A stretch of DNA of 63,028 bases, filler included, from Lenisia limosa (Eukaryota > Protista > Breviatea): the NCBI GenBank assembly GCA_001655205.1. It is 7 parts of 7 records of this genome, joined end to end, with 100 filler letters (N's around TTAATTAATTAA, not from the genome) between each part and the next. Parts side by side here need not be neighbours in the genome. Positions count along the whole stretch, not along the records: positions 19,054 to 41,212 come from LPNZ01001858.1; 6 more parts are not named here. One strand, written 5' to 3'. Below the pieces are notes generated by a model. It searched no databases. It was not told the origin of the DNA and saw only the letters and a list, made by a program, of their open reading frames with translations. The position numbers were made by a program, and so were the translations under genes. Of the stretch, positions 24,661-37,401 are shown piece after piece (the stretch's first letter is position 1; every line of letters begins with the position of its first letter).

Positions 24661-27600
24661 ATGAATTCTGCCAGGTACTGATCCCCAATTAGTCACTAAA
24701 ACTCAGGTATTCGAATGTTCCTTCAAGCCATGAATCAAAGGAGCAGTTTTTGAGAAATTTAAAGGAAAGGCGCAAGATGAGACAGCGAACGAAGGCCATT
24801 TCAGGTTCCGTCCTCAAAATACAGGTTGCCCTTCTTTGTAAAATTCCATTCTCGTTTTGACTATTTGGCACATTTGATTAACCTTTTCTTTTGTGATGAA
24901 ACAAATCAAAAGGTATACCATGACCATTGCTGGTTTTTTTGTTGCTATTTGTATTTTATATTTCTTGGTCAATCAAAGTGAAACATCCAAAGTACCAGGC
25001 AATATTTTGGCTCATTCTCCAGGCATGGTATAGAGGGTGTCGGGACAGAAGACTTGTTAGGCCAGTTGCCTATTCCGCTTCTCAGAAACAGATGGCTCTT
25101 CTTGAAGAACACAAATCGTATGTAACAATTTTAACAGGCTTTAGTTATTGCCAGTCCTAGTTGTGACATTTCATTCGCAATTCAACGAATTACTCTGTTA
25201 CTCCTCCAGTACCACCAGTCTGCACAAAGCCTGTGACCTTCTTGCAATGGCTTGTTCAACAAAGCCTGATTATATGGCCTCACATGAGCTGACACTTTCA
25301 GACATCATTTCTCTGCCTGCTGTAGTTGGGCTTGGGCTTTTGCGCTTTCTCATCATTCACAATTCAGAGTTCAATATTTCGGTCTCCCTTTCGACTGGTG
25401 GATCAGGCTGGCGAGGCTCTGTTGAAGCTGGTAAAGATAATACAAAATGTTGGTTGGAATGCTGGTATATGGGATAAAACAATTCGGACTCTGAGCTGAA
25501 CGGACAATGGAGGCTTCCCTATTTTCCAAGGCAAATGAGCATAATAATGGAGGGGGGGGGGGGGACCATNNNNNNNNNNNNNNNNNNNNNNNNNNNNNNN
25601 NNNNNNNNNNNNNNNNNNNNNNNNNNNNNNNNNNNNNNNNTAGAATACACGTGGTTTTAAAGAAAGAAAGAACATCACCACTCAAGCAAAGCAAAATGCC
25701 TGCACCATCATACCTGTTTATTTTCAATTTCTAAACACATCACTTGTCATCAAAGTATTATCAACCATCCAATCATCATAAAGCCAAGCAAAAAAGAACT
25801 AATAAAAAAGCAGACAGACGCTTTACCTCCGGCGGGTGGCGCGATTCTTGCGTCTCTGGCCTGCCGTGGCGTCTTCGAGGGTATGTTCCCTGCCTGCCAA
25901 GTCACAGCACTCATCAAATGGGCACTAAACTCGGATCGGGCGTATCGCCGTGCTGCACGCCATCATTTATTCTACTACCTTCGACAAGCTCTGTACTCCG
26001 ACACTGTAACCTGGAACACTGGTGAGTTACAGCTGTCTCACTTCTGACTGTTCAGACTCCAAAGAACTCTTCGATTCTGTCATTGTGTCGTTTGCTACCA
26101 GCAGCCCGCCAGCTGACATTCTCCAAACGTTCGCACTTCAGATTCTGACCATTCCTGGTCTCACGCGCGAAACGGGGAGCATCAAGGACCTTCCGGTACC
26201 GAACACTTTCCACGCATCGCTTATGACGGCGATTGCTGCACTACCACACCCAGCAAGTTTGTGTCTATTGTTGTCGTATTATAAGCCAATCTATGTCACG
26301 CAAATAATGGGTTCACTTTGCAGCGCAAGTGAGCAAGAAGATCGCATCCCCCCTGGTGGACCCGTCCCTCATGAGAAGCTATGAGATCTCCTCAAGCTTT
26401 GGCCTCTCCGGACCAGGCACTGCAGGTTCGAAAATGGGCGCAATAATGGGGAGTGGCGTAGAATACGATTTGATTGTGACACTTTCAGGGAGTGATGGTG
26501 TTGGAGTGAGCTGTCGCGTCAGTTCAGTGGACAATAGGGCCATCCACTCGTCATCATTCTCAAAGTCCTTCTCCCACGCGTCACCTTCCTTTACGTCGTC
26601 TTCATCTCACCTCGAGGCGTTGCGCCCCGAAGCCACGCCAAAGCCCTCGTTTGTTCCGCATGAGTCGTGGAATGCAGTCGGTGGAGCTCTAGCCGCCTTA
26701 GCCGTTTTGACAGTTCTGGCACCTGTCGTTGGCACTCAGTCAAGTGTTGTCCGCTCCAAGGTGGGAGAGAAATGAGAAGGCTGTGTCGGACCCACGCCGT
26801 CCAGCTTCAGGGGGATAGTATATGGAGTAAACAATGACATAGTTTTCAAATATCATGCTAGTATACATACTATATACAGTATACATACTATATTGTGTGT
26901 CTATGACGTGACGTTGTAGCCCCATTTGGTAGCCCAAGGCCTTGCACCACTGATGGCCGCCCCGGTGGTGTGTCTCGCCAATGGCATGAACTGTGGGCTA
27001 TTAACTTTGTTAATTTTCTGGGATTTTGTTGATATTTAAGCTGTTTTGGGGGGGGGGGGGTGAANNNNNNNNNNNNNNNNNNNNNNNNNNNNNNNNNNNN
27101 NNNNNNNNNNNNNNNNNNNNNNNNNNNNNNNNNNNNNNNCTCTAGCTTTACCAGCAACTTGGTGGATGGACAAATCCGAGTTTGAGGTAATGTCTCCATT
27201 TATGCAAATAGCATTAACACCACAGACCACCATCAAAAAAGATGACCAGGAGTCTGATTCGGATGTCGAAGATTCTGACAACGAGGATAACACCAACGTT
27301 TGTTTTGTTTTATTGTAATTTCGTTAGGAAACTGCAAGTCAGCTGAGCAAAGAACTCAGCCCCTTATTCACCCCCGATTTTGGCCGCATTATTGCCGTTT
27401 CAATGAGATCCTCTTTAGGTAACTTGACGTCACTCCAATTTATGATCCACCTCAATTGCCTTATCCACGCTTACGCGACAGCATCGTACGTGTCGTCCCT
27501 CCCGCCAGACCCTGCAGACCCGTCATTGCCGCCTCTGACCGCCTTGATATCTGACGATGGTCGAATGAACCTTCGCATCCTGGCATCCTGCATAGTCATT

Positions 27601-30273
27601 AGTAACGACGACCGTCAAGCCTTCTCACTGCTCACCTCTGTGGAGGGAGACAAGAGGCTTGCAACCGGCCTTGCTATGTGTCTCATTGCATGTGCCGAGA
27701 CCAAAGTAAGCTGTACCAGACATGTGACAGTAGCTTACAATTCCAGGAATTCCAAAACGCTCTAACTACTGAAGGTTGGTTGGTGTCTGTTGAGACAATT
27801 GTAGTTTTGCCCAGTTTTTGGTATTGACAGCCGCAGATGAGATATCTCAGCCACTTGTTGATCTGATTATTGTGATTGGTGCACTTCTGAGGCTACGCCT
27901 CTCAACCTCGGATGCCGAGTCCACTCTGCCTGCTACATTGGGTCTCAATGACGCCGCCGCCGCAGGGGTCATTATTTCTCTCAATGTGAGTTGCCTTGTA
28001 TCGTTATAGTCAAGAAACTCTGCACCACATTAGTGACGCATCTTGAGCCAAGTAGCCCCATGTGCGCCAAGCCGTTTATCCAGTTCATGGCCCGCGACCT
28101 CTCCTCGGTATGTGCTGCTCATATCAATAAACTTTATCATGATTATAGTTAAATGGGAACATATCCTGGGAGGTGTAAATATACAAGCCAGCAGCTCTGT
28201 CATGTTATAAATATAATACTATAATATCATACATTAGTATCTCAAGATAGTACTCCAGACCCCTTCACGAATTAGACGGTGCGAGCAATTGTGGACCGAT
28301 GCAGTTTGTCCGAGGCCCCCCTGGCCAATTTTGTGGCTCCTTCTGTGTCGTCCAAACAAAACTCTGGTAGGGTGCTCGTCGGCCTGACTCTTGTGTAGCC
28401 GAAGTCGATGAAAGCGGCCGAATTGTTCCCTCACGAACTTCTGTATTTGGAAGGTTGCTTCGATTCGCCCCCTGGTCCATCCAATTGGAGGACAGAATTG
28501 CACTTCTGAGAAAGGCAGTCAGGTATGTTGCCGCACTTATGTGACAGCTGTAGCCGTGGGGAGCTGCTTCCGACTCACACCCGTTTTGAGATCAGTAGAT
28601 CAGATATTATCACTGACGGCCTTAAGGCTGCTGAATCCATGGGTAAACTTCTTGGCCTTTTGACCCTTTGTAGCACCAGGTCAACCGTTAAATATTCGAT
28701 TCATTGATGCTGAGGGTTTCTACGAGCCTGCTTCTGGGGTAAGAAACGGAAATAGCAAAATTCCTCACATGTTTCAGCAAGGCGTTTTCAAAGATTTTGT
28801 TATTGAATTTGGAAAGGCAATCAGCAACCCGGGCGCAGGCATTTTCAGGTACAGCATTGAATGGATGGTGTTCATCCCGTAGATCAACTTCAGAAGGCAA
28901 AGTGTACCCAAGCCTTTCATCCAGCAAACTATATGGTAGAGAACCAATTGAATTGATGCGACTTATTGGACGGTTCTTCGGAGAGGTACTTCTGTTGTTT
29001 TGTGTGTACCGATTTATGGGTTGGGTTATAATGAGTAATTATTTCATCTAAGGAGCAGCGTGTTTCCGTCAGTGATTGATGTAGGCAATTGCGGCGGGAA
29101 TGTTACTCTCGGTCCCATTTCCTCGTTTCTTCATCAATCTTGCCTTTATGGGGAAGCGAAACACCCTCCATGGTAAGTGGTGGGGAATTTAATAGAATTC
29201 TTTCATTCAGGAAATTAAGTATCATCAATCTCCTATAAACGTGAAGGGTAGACGGCTTCGGAAAGACTCGTTATTTTTCTCTTTTCAAGATGATATACTA
29301 TGTGTTTTCTTTTTTGTCATTGCGTTGATTTGTTCTTTATCCTCAGACCTTGCGTCCCTGGACAAAGACGTGTACCACAACTTGAGCCAACTCTCGTCAC
29401 TTCCGTCGTTGGAGTCTGTTGGTCTCACTTTTTCTGTCGTTCGCGACAATAATGGCATGCCTGAGGTTGGCAAACAATGGACATTTGACCAAACTGTCAC
29501 TATGCTTACCCCTTAGGAGGTAGACTTGGTACCAAATGGTTCAACTCTCCCAGTGACCTCAAGTAATGTGCTTCATTATATCTATTTGACCGCGGACTAT
29601 TGGGTCAACACGCAGCATGAGGCGGCATGCCAGTCGTTCAGAGAAGGATTGGCACATTCTTTCCCCCCTGCATGGTAAGCGTTGTCTTTTGGGGCTTAAT
29701 TGACCTCGTTTAGGCTGACCCTGTTCACAGCTGAGGAGGTGATGATGCTTGTTGATGGAGAGAAATGCGAGATTGACGTGATGGACTGGAGAACTAACAC
29801 AGCATATTCTGGGTGGCAAGACGACTCTCCGGTTGTTCAGATGTTCTGGGAGGTGAGGGTGATTTGTTTTGTCCCAACTTTGGTATTTAATTTTAAGTGT
29901 GTATGATTAATACCCTTACCTCAAATCAGTTTGTGTAACTAGCGGTTTAGGTTGTTTCAGAGCTTTCAATGGAGGACAGGAGCAAGCTTCTTAAATTCGC
30001 TACCGCCACCGAAAGGGTGAGCATGCTGGGGTGTTCCTCTGTTTAACTCTTCAGGTGCCTATCGGAGGATTTGTGGGACTCAGTCCGCAGTTTGGATTGA
30101 TCCGTTCCGAACCCGACCGTCTTCCTTCTTCCTACACTTGCATGGTTTGTTGCCCTGACTTGAATATTAATCTTTAGAATTCATTGAGTATTCCCGATAT
30201 CAACGACCGAAAAGAGATGAAAGACAGAATTCAGACTGCGATTCAATCCTCTTCGGGTTTCGGCTTGGCTTAG
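24661..30273 (+). CDS. IQ-motif + HECT E3 ubiquitin ligase, UBE3B/UBE3C (UPL6/7)-like
   Basis: MNSAR/YSN...SKEQFLRNLKERRKMRQR...VLKIQ/AWYRGCRDRR (IQ motif); RFAPWSIQLEDRIALLR; HECT N-lobe NIRFIDAEGFYEPASG/QGVFKDF; C-lobe SPVVQMFWE/VVSEL...LLKFAT...RLPSSYTCM/NSLSIP...SGFGLA* with catalytic Cys. Confidence 0.92.
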
Positions 30274-30547
30274 TTGAAGTATTTATGTTGATTTTTCCTG
30301 ATTTCAATAGGTTGTTTCTTGTTTCTGAGAGCGTAATGAGATTTTCATTTGATTTCAAACTGCATAATAACAAAATACATTCCATTCACAATATACAAAA
30401 TATATTACAACTTAAAAATATTACATGATACCATTACATTACCTACACAGGTTATTTGGAGAAATAGTTTAGGTTTGGAACCTCCTCTCTACTCAGCAAA
30501 CCTTCATGCCCCTCGAGCGGATAAAGCCCTTTTGCTTTGTGGAGACC

Positions 30548-33500
30548 TCACTGTAGGCCTGCACTGTAAATAACATTTCAAGCATTAATCAACTAGTATA
30601 TAACAACATGAGTTCAGACCTTCGGGCGGCGCTAGATGGACGGGTGCGATGAATGCTCTCCGGTTCCTCATAGTGGCTCATTGTTGATCCTGAGACCATG
30701 AAAAATAATACCTTCAATGTCATAGAGTATCTGAGAAAAAGCTGTATCAAGTCAAAACAGGAAGTATATCATATTACAATATACATAAGAACCCAGCGCA
30801 GCATTAAAACGATCCTGCTGAAACGACACCCCACCAGGCCTTGATTGTGGTAGAGGATGCGAAAATGGGTCATTGGTACGTCGTGGTCTTCGAGAGCTTG
30901 AGGCTGAACTGAGGGGTTACCATGGCATGGGTGTCGTGACAAAGTGAATAGTATTATCTGTATATTATACCTCAAAAAAAGAAAACTTTAAACCAACATT
31001 GGACGGGAAGTGATAACATTGGTTGGAGTTCCGCCAACATGCGCTGAACCGGGCCGGATCCCTGCCCGGGGCCTTCCGAACCGAGGCACTTCCGAGCCTT
31101 CTGGGCTGGGTTGTGAATTGTAGCTTAAACGCGATCCAGACGATCTGGCAGAGCTCATCTGAGCAGGCCTGTCGGAACGGCCTGAGAGGCGAGCAGATGA
31201 CCGAGCCGAATGTGGCGGCGGCCGGCCAGGCGAGGCCCCAAGATGCAATCGAGGAACGTCGGGATGTGGGTTGGACCGTCGGGGGGTTGTGTGGAGGGAC
31301 TGCTGCGAGGAGCTTCGAAGGGATGCTTGGTACCTTGAGGAACGGGCTGAAGAGGGTCGCGAAGCTGATTTCGCTGATGTCGGCCGAGCAGACTTGGGGA
31401 GTGGCGGTTTTATCGTTTTCTTGAGGCGAGGGGGCTTCTTATCAGTTTCGGACCTATTTTTTTGGTCAGAACAAAAGATGTGAGTAACGCTACTGCATTG
31501 TGATATGTGCAATGTTTGAGGTGAACGTGTGCAAATCCCCATTATTATTTTGAATACATACCTTGCCTTCAGTGCTTTGAGTGTTTTCGTGGCATTCGTG
31601 TGGATTGTGGAACAATTTCTTTCCAAAGCAAGTGTCTTAACTGCCTCCATAGTTTTCATCGCCTCTGTGTCTTGGCCAAGCATGGCTCGGATATAGCCCA
31701 GATTGTATAACACTCTGGATCAGTAAGTAAATAGAGTAAGTGAAACGGACAAACCCTGGTAAAACTGTGGGGCCCTCGTCCCATCTACTGCCCATAGTGG
31801 CCCAGTCGCCAAGGATCCGTCCGTCAGCAACCGTCTCAGCTTCCGATTCGGCCGGGCCGGGGTCTGTAAATAAGACCAAAAACCAATGAAGTCATTTTAA
31901 AAACTACAACAAATTGCCGAAGCAGCAATACAGACAACAATAAGCATCAAAATGAGGAAAGTAATCAGTTTATAGCGTGTATGTTTTTTGGTATGAGAAT
32001 ACTCTGGCGGCAGACCTTAAGGATTCAGAAATCATCGATGCAACAACTCAATTAGGCACTAAAAAAACCCCACTCGCTCATGGACATAAAAGGTGCAGTA
32101 AGCAAGAAAGTTGAAAATGGAGATCAGTCATACATAAGTGAAACAGGATAATTATAGAAGTACCAAAAGTGATAAGATATCCATCATTGGAGAAAGCCAG
32201 TCTGTGCCCAGGAATCCACAATAATATCCAATAATAGCAACAGTATGGGCAAAGCCAGCAGGGTCACCAATCACCGTGCGGGATGTCTTCAGTCTCTTGC
32301 TCGCCGTCTGACAAGAGCTTATGGATGACGTCATCACTTATGCCTGCCATGCCGTGGCCCTGGCCTATTGATGGCGCGGGGCTCGGAGGTGGCTTCTGCA
32401 CTGTCGCTGTCGGCCGCTCAGTCAAATGAAGCAAGCTGGACTCAACCTGATGAGGGGGGGGGGGTTACAAAAGGAAAATTTATGAAACAAAAACCTCAAA
32501 GTAACCTTGTTGGCAAAACGTTTGAAAACACAAGAGGAAGTCATTAGGAGGGGTACAATGGGATTATGAAACAAGCGACTCGACTGGCTGCATGCTTCAT
32601 GAACACAGAGGTAAGAAACCAAGCGTCGTTTTAAAAGAGGTAAATGATATTTGCTAATTATTATAGGCAATAAGGTCAGCTGACCAACCTTCATTGGTGT
32701 GGGCGCCGAGGCTACTTCCTCCGACTTGGCAAGGAGGTTAACAGCTGTAATGGCGTGTTGAAGTCCGTCATGGTACCTGGAACATGAAACGAGTTGTACG
32801 GTAGAGCCTTACCTTCCCAAAGCACTAAGCACAGCGGCAAGGGACGCGTGGGTCGTGGCCGGGCACATAGAGTTGTCCAGGTCCCTGATTTCCAGGGCAT
32901 ACGCCTCGTCCAAGTGCCGCAATGCTGCATGGTGGTGGCCCTGAAAATGTGACGATGGGGCATTGTTTAGTGGGCTGGTGCGCATATTGGCACGTACAGC
33001 ATACCAGCAGATGATGGGCATTGGCGGTGTTGGTGAGCGTGACAGCCAGGAGTCTTGAAGCCTCGGCCTGGTCCGACTCCAGCAGAGGACCCCTGGCGAG
33101 CTTCAGAGCCGGCGTCAAGATCGTCAGCAACGTGCTCGGATCTAGAGTGTCAGTGCTACGGAATGAAACGGACCTTTGACGGATGTCTTGACGGCGTTGG
33201 CGGCCAGGATGAGGTAACGAGCCCATGCCGGTAGAGGAGACTCTAGAACAAAGGGATCGTTATGCCAGCGAGAGCGTGCGGCTAGGTAGCCGCCCCGCAC
33301 CTCCTTGTAGGCTGCATAGAAGTCCCTCTGGGAGTAAGGAGCCCTGTTGCATGTCGACTCACCTCAGTTGCTAGCGAGTTGGCCCTGTTAAGACATTCGT
33401 AAAGAGAGTCAAGTATCTCAACGTCTGTGTCCCTCTCAATTGGATCCGCTCTAAATGAGAATGTTACATTCTACATCAAATATTCATCATAACACATGGT

Positions 33501-33847
33501 ACCATTCTGAAAACTAATTGAAATTAATAAAACCCTGCTTACGGGAGAGTAAGATTGAGAGTTGAAAGAAGATCATGAATAGGTGTGTCGCGAGGAACCC
33601 TCTGGAGAGAAGAGAGATTCAGTGGCGTAAAAATGTCAGTGGTGTCAGCAGAAAGAGTTGGCGAGTGAGAGTGGGTGCTGGGTGGTCTCGGTGACCCACA
33701 GGAAGGATCGGTTCCTCTCCTCCGCGGTGAAGGGGTTGATCCTGTGTCAGAGTCCTCTTGAACAAATGATCCAAGTGATGAAAGGTCATCACCATTGTTC
33801 TCAGCGGCTAAGTCTTCAATAGTACTTTCATTAATATCAATGTCCAT
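30548..33847 (-). CDS. TPR-like helical-repeat protein with disordered Ser/Arg/Pro-rich C-terminus
   Basis: HAALRHLDEAYALE...ATTHASLAAVLSALG and YNLGYIRAMLGQDTEAMKTMEAVKTLA resemble TPR helices. Long RPxSA-rich tail (ORF 30988-31713) and acidic N-terminus (ORF 33539-33847). Confidence 0.6.
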
Positions 33848-34180
33848 TGTGCTGTCCTCTTTATCAAAGATTTAGCATTTCACCATCTCACATAACCCCA
33901 CGTTCCTGAGCTTTAAACCTGGATTTCCTGGGGTTTTTTTAACAAAAATTAATTTCACCTAAAGTACTCTAAATATTGCAAGGTTGTCCATCCAACAACT
34001 TTCCTTTTGAGGTACTCCCGCCATTTCATTCACCTTTATTGAGTGTGGAGAAGTCTGCCCACAGTTTTCTGGCCAATAAGTTATTTAGAATTATATTTAT
34101 TAACACTCCCACAGTACATACAACTTGACACAAATTGGGTAATCCATTTGGGCAAGTTTCTGGGGAGAGAACAGGAGAGA

Positions 34181-36935
34181 ATGACGGTCCCCCAGCCCTC
34201 TTCCAGCTCCCCCGGTCCTACAAGAAGGCTGTCAAGTCAACATAACGGCACTCTCATTCCTATCACCCCAATGGCACGTCCCACACCAATTCCAGCCCGA
34301 CTTGCTGGGGCCAAGGTCACCATCAACACTGAAACTGTGTAGGTTCTTATGGAAGGTGTTGGAAATGTTGTCTGCAGTAGGGAATAGCACTAATCCTCAA
34401 CTTCAGCTTATTTTGTTTAGCCCATCAAGCATTCAAAGCCCTTCCGCTACTCAGGTTTGTGAGTGTCAAACCCGTTGGAAACCGCCTCCTAATTACAATT
34501 CAGATTGGGTCGCCTTGGGCCATGGAAAGTTCATCTGATCAGACTGTTGCTGCTGCTTCACAGGAGGTTGTGTATTAGTAGTCAATGTGCTTTAATTGAA
34601 TAGGTTGAAATCAATAATTTATCGGAAGCTTTGAGTTCCTTACTTCCTCAAGGCACTACAGGCCCGCGCAATTCTGTGACTTGTCCAAACAGGTGGGGAT
34701 TCGTGGGTTTACCACTCATGCAGTAGTCCCATTTCCCGACCCATGGAGACCGCTCTGAGTTCGGATGGAAGTCGCAGTCAAAACGGAAGCTACACCGGCG
34801 AAATGGTTGCTCTTGATAATGAAAGCAGAGTGGGATGGTTGCTCTTAATGAAAGCAGAGTGGGATGGTTGCTCTTGATAATGAAAGTAGAGTGGGATGGT
34901 TGCTCTTGATAATGAAAGCAGAGTGGGGTGGATATTCAAGGCGTTTTTTTAGTGTTGAGATGTAATTTTACCCACCCCAGACACCAAGTACACGGCGTCG
35001 AAGAAAGCCAAGTAAGATTCCATATTTAGATCAAAGAATAACGGCTTTATAGATGATTGGGCTAATGCAGTTGCAAGTATCATGGCCACCAGTGGTGATC
35101 TCCGAAGCGATAGCGATGATGAGGAACAAACAAGCGTAGGTTTCTTCCATCCTTCATGATGTAGCCATTAAATCGAGATAACTGGCAAAGACCGTCACAA
35201 CTTGAAATGCACACAAGGTCAACAACCTCAATAGTTTGCTGTTTTAGACATAACAACTCAGAACAAGAGTCCCAAAGTGAAATCTTGTGAAACCTTTAGC
35301 AGATTGGAGGAAATTCAAAAGAGTGCTTCCACTACAACCCCAAAAAGTCCAATGTTACAACCTCATAGACATCCCACATACTCGTTGGTAACTCATCTAC
35401 TCATTTTTCAGTCTTCCACCCGGAATGGTCTCAATGCCATCTACACCTATTATATTGGTAAGTCATTATCCTCGTGAACTGGTGCATCATCTGCAAAATT
35501 ATTATTAGCATTTTATTACACTGACCCCATAGAATCCACAACCAGATGCCTCTGATTGCAATTACGTTACTTCTGAATCTCCAAAACCTAATACGAACGG
35601 TGAGGAAGAAGAACCGCCCACTCCAGTCACGGAGTCACCAAAGGTCAAACAAAGTGAAGTAGCGGCTGCTATACCAAAACTACTCCCAAATGTTTGGTTG
35701 AAAGCAATATTCACTATCAGGGCACAATTGAACACCAAGGAATGGCTTTGGGACAGTGTCGAGTGTGCAAGGTATTGTGAAGTTTGCCATTACCATTTAG
35801 GTCTGGGATTATCCGGAATATTTAGTAACCCCCTGTAATTGCCGAAGCACTCGGACCTTTATTCATTCTGCTTGTCTTGCTAAAGCCGTACAAGTACGTC
35901 ATGTTTTGTGTCTCGCAAACAATAAATTATGAAATATGGCAAGTATCTTTGACACTGTAGACAGCGATCATAAATGCTAGAATCAAGGGCCGCCCCGTTG
36001 TACGTTGTCCCGGATGCAAAATACAGTACCATATTTCTTTCCTCAAAGGATGGTTTGTTCATTGATACTCTTATGTAATACAGGCTACCTCAACATTTGC
36101 TGGCAAGACGAAAACCCCAAAATATGAGTGATCAGCAATATACTGTCAGACTTCTCCTAATTACTATCTCGCTTTTACTGGTTAGCAACTTCTTTTTATA
36201 ACATCCTAGATTATTCCGTACATTGCACTGGTTGTTTTTGGGATTGATGGCTGTCACAGTAAAAAGTTGGTACTCCTTCAACGCGTTATATTTCAGAAAG
36301 TACTTTTTGACATGGCTCTGGACTGACGACTACGAGGAGTGTCAATATTGGAGGTAGATCCCTTTGTCATTAATCTTTAGAATTGCACTGGGTATTTTCC
36401 TGTCTAATTGGATCCGATACGTTTACTACGGGCTTATCTACCAAATGAGTTTGTTCTGATTGGAGTAACCATTTTAGTTATCACTGTCCATGACACAAAT
36501 AAACATAGGGGTCCTTGTGAAAACTTCAAATTCTGTTTTTATGGTTTATTTCTTGTTTATAATATTGCAAGAGCTCATGTATTTATCTCAATTATTTTTG
36601 AAATGATGTACATTGCAGACTATGTTGCTCTCAATTATCCTAGTTTGGAGTTTTTCAAATGACATTACATTTAGGACATGATCCTTATTCACTAGCCATC
36701 TTGTTCAATATCATTGTCTTCTTTATCATTTATTTCCTCTTCAAGGTTTGCTTTTAGTCATTACTTGTATTCCATTCACAAGAAACGAACATCTCGAATC
36801 GAATGGCGCCTACCATACGTCACACAGGTTTGCCAGTTGAGAATGGATATTTCTTCCCCTATTATTTCAAATGTCATGTCTCAGCAAACACAACACGTGT
36901 CATCAGGATTCCCTAAGCAACCAAAGAAATTATAA
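34181..36935 (+). CDS. RING-CH (MARCH-like) membrane E3 ligase
   Basis: Spliced CRVCK/VWDYPEYLVTPCNCRSTRTFIHSACLAKA/TAII...RCPGCKIQY gives a C4HC3 RING-CH spacing, followed by hydrophobic exons (36100-36780) and preceded by a low-complexity N-terminus. Confidence 0.8.
34803..34927 (+). repeat. Tandem repeat, 4 copies of ATGGTTGCTCTTGATAATGAAAGCAGAGTGGG (32 bp; copy 2 is 29 bp) spanning an exon/intron donor
   Basis: Copies at 34803, 34835, 34864 and 34896 read directly, with no spacers. Confidence 0.95.
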
Positions 36936-37401
36936 TTTGTATTGTTTATTCTTTTTCATGTATTATTAATATTGTATGCACTGTAAGGGAAATGCATTTT
37001 CAATTCCCCAATTCCCAACACCAAGCACCAAGTCACCAAGTGACAATTGACGCAATCTTATTTGCAGCGTTGTTAACGTTGTCACCCAGCACCCCCACCC
37101 TCTGCACCACAAAGAACAGAAATAACACTGAAGCACTGAAGAAACAATTGTGAAAGCAGGAGAAGTGTTAACAGCCATATTTCGGCTGATCTTTCGAACT
37201 TTCCCTTATTGCTTTTGTCTCGATGTGAGATTGCTTTATGGGACTCCCCAGTGCAAAATCAGAGACTTTCTGTTTCTAGGGTGAATATACCCCCAGATTA
37301 TTGATGCATTAAAGTTCAAAGGTTCAAAGCATTTTCAAAGTTAATGTTACCTCACTGACGAACGTGCTATGAGTCATAAGGCATATTGAGTTGAGAGAAA
37401 A

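Noticed and set aside
34803-34927. 32-bp direct repeats as a CRISPR array
   Set aside because: Repeats are contiguous with no spacers, the context is a eukaryotic intron, and no cas genes are present.
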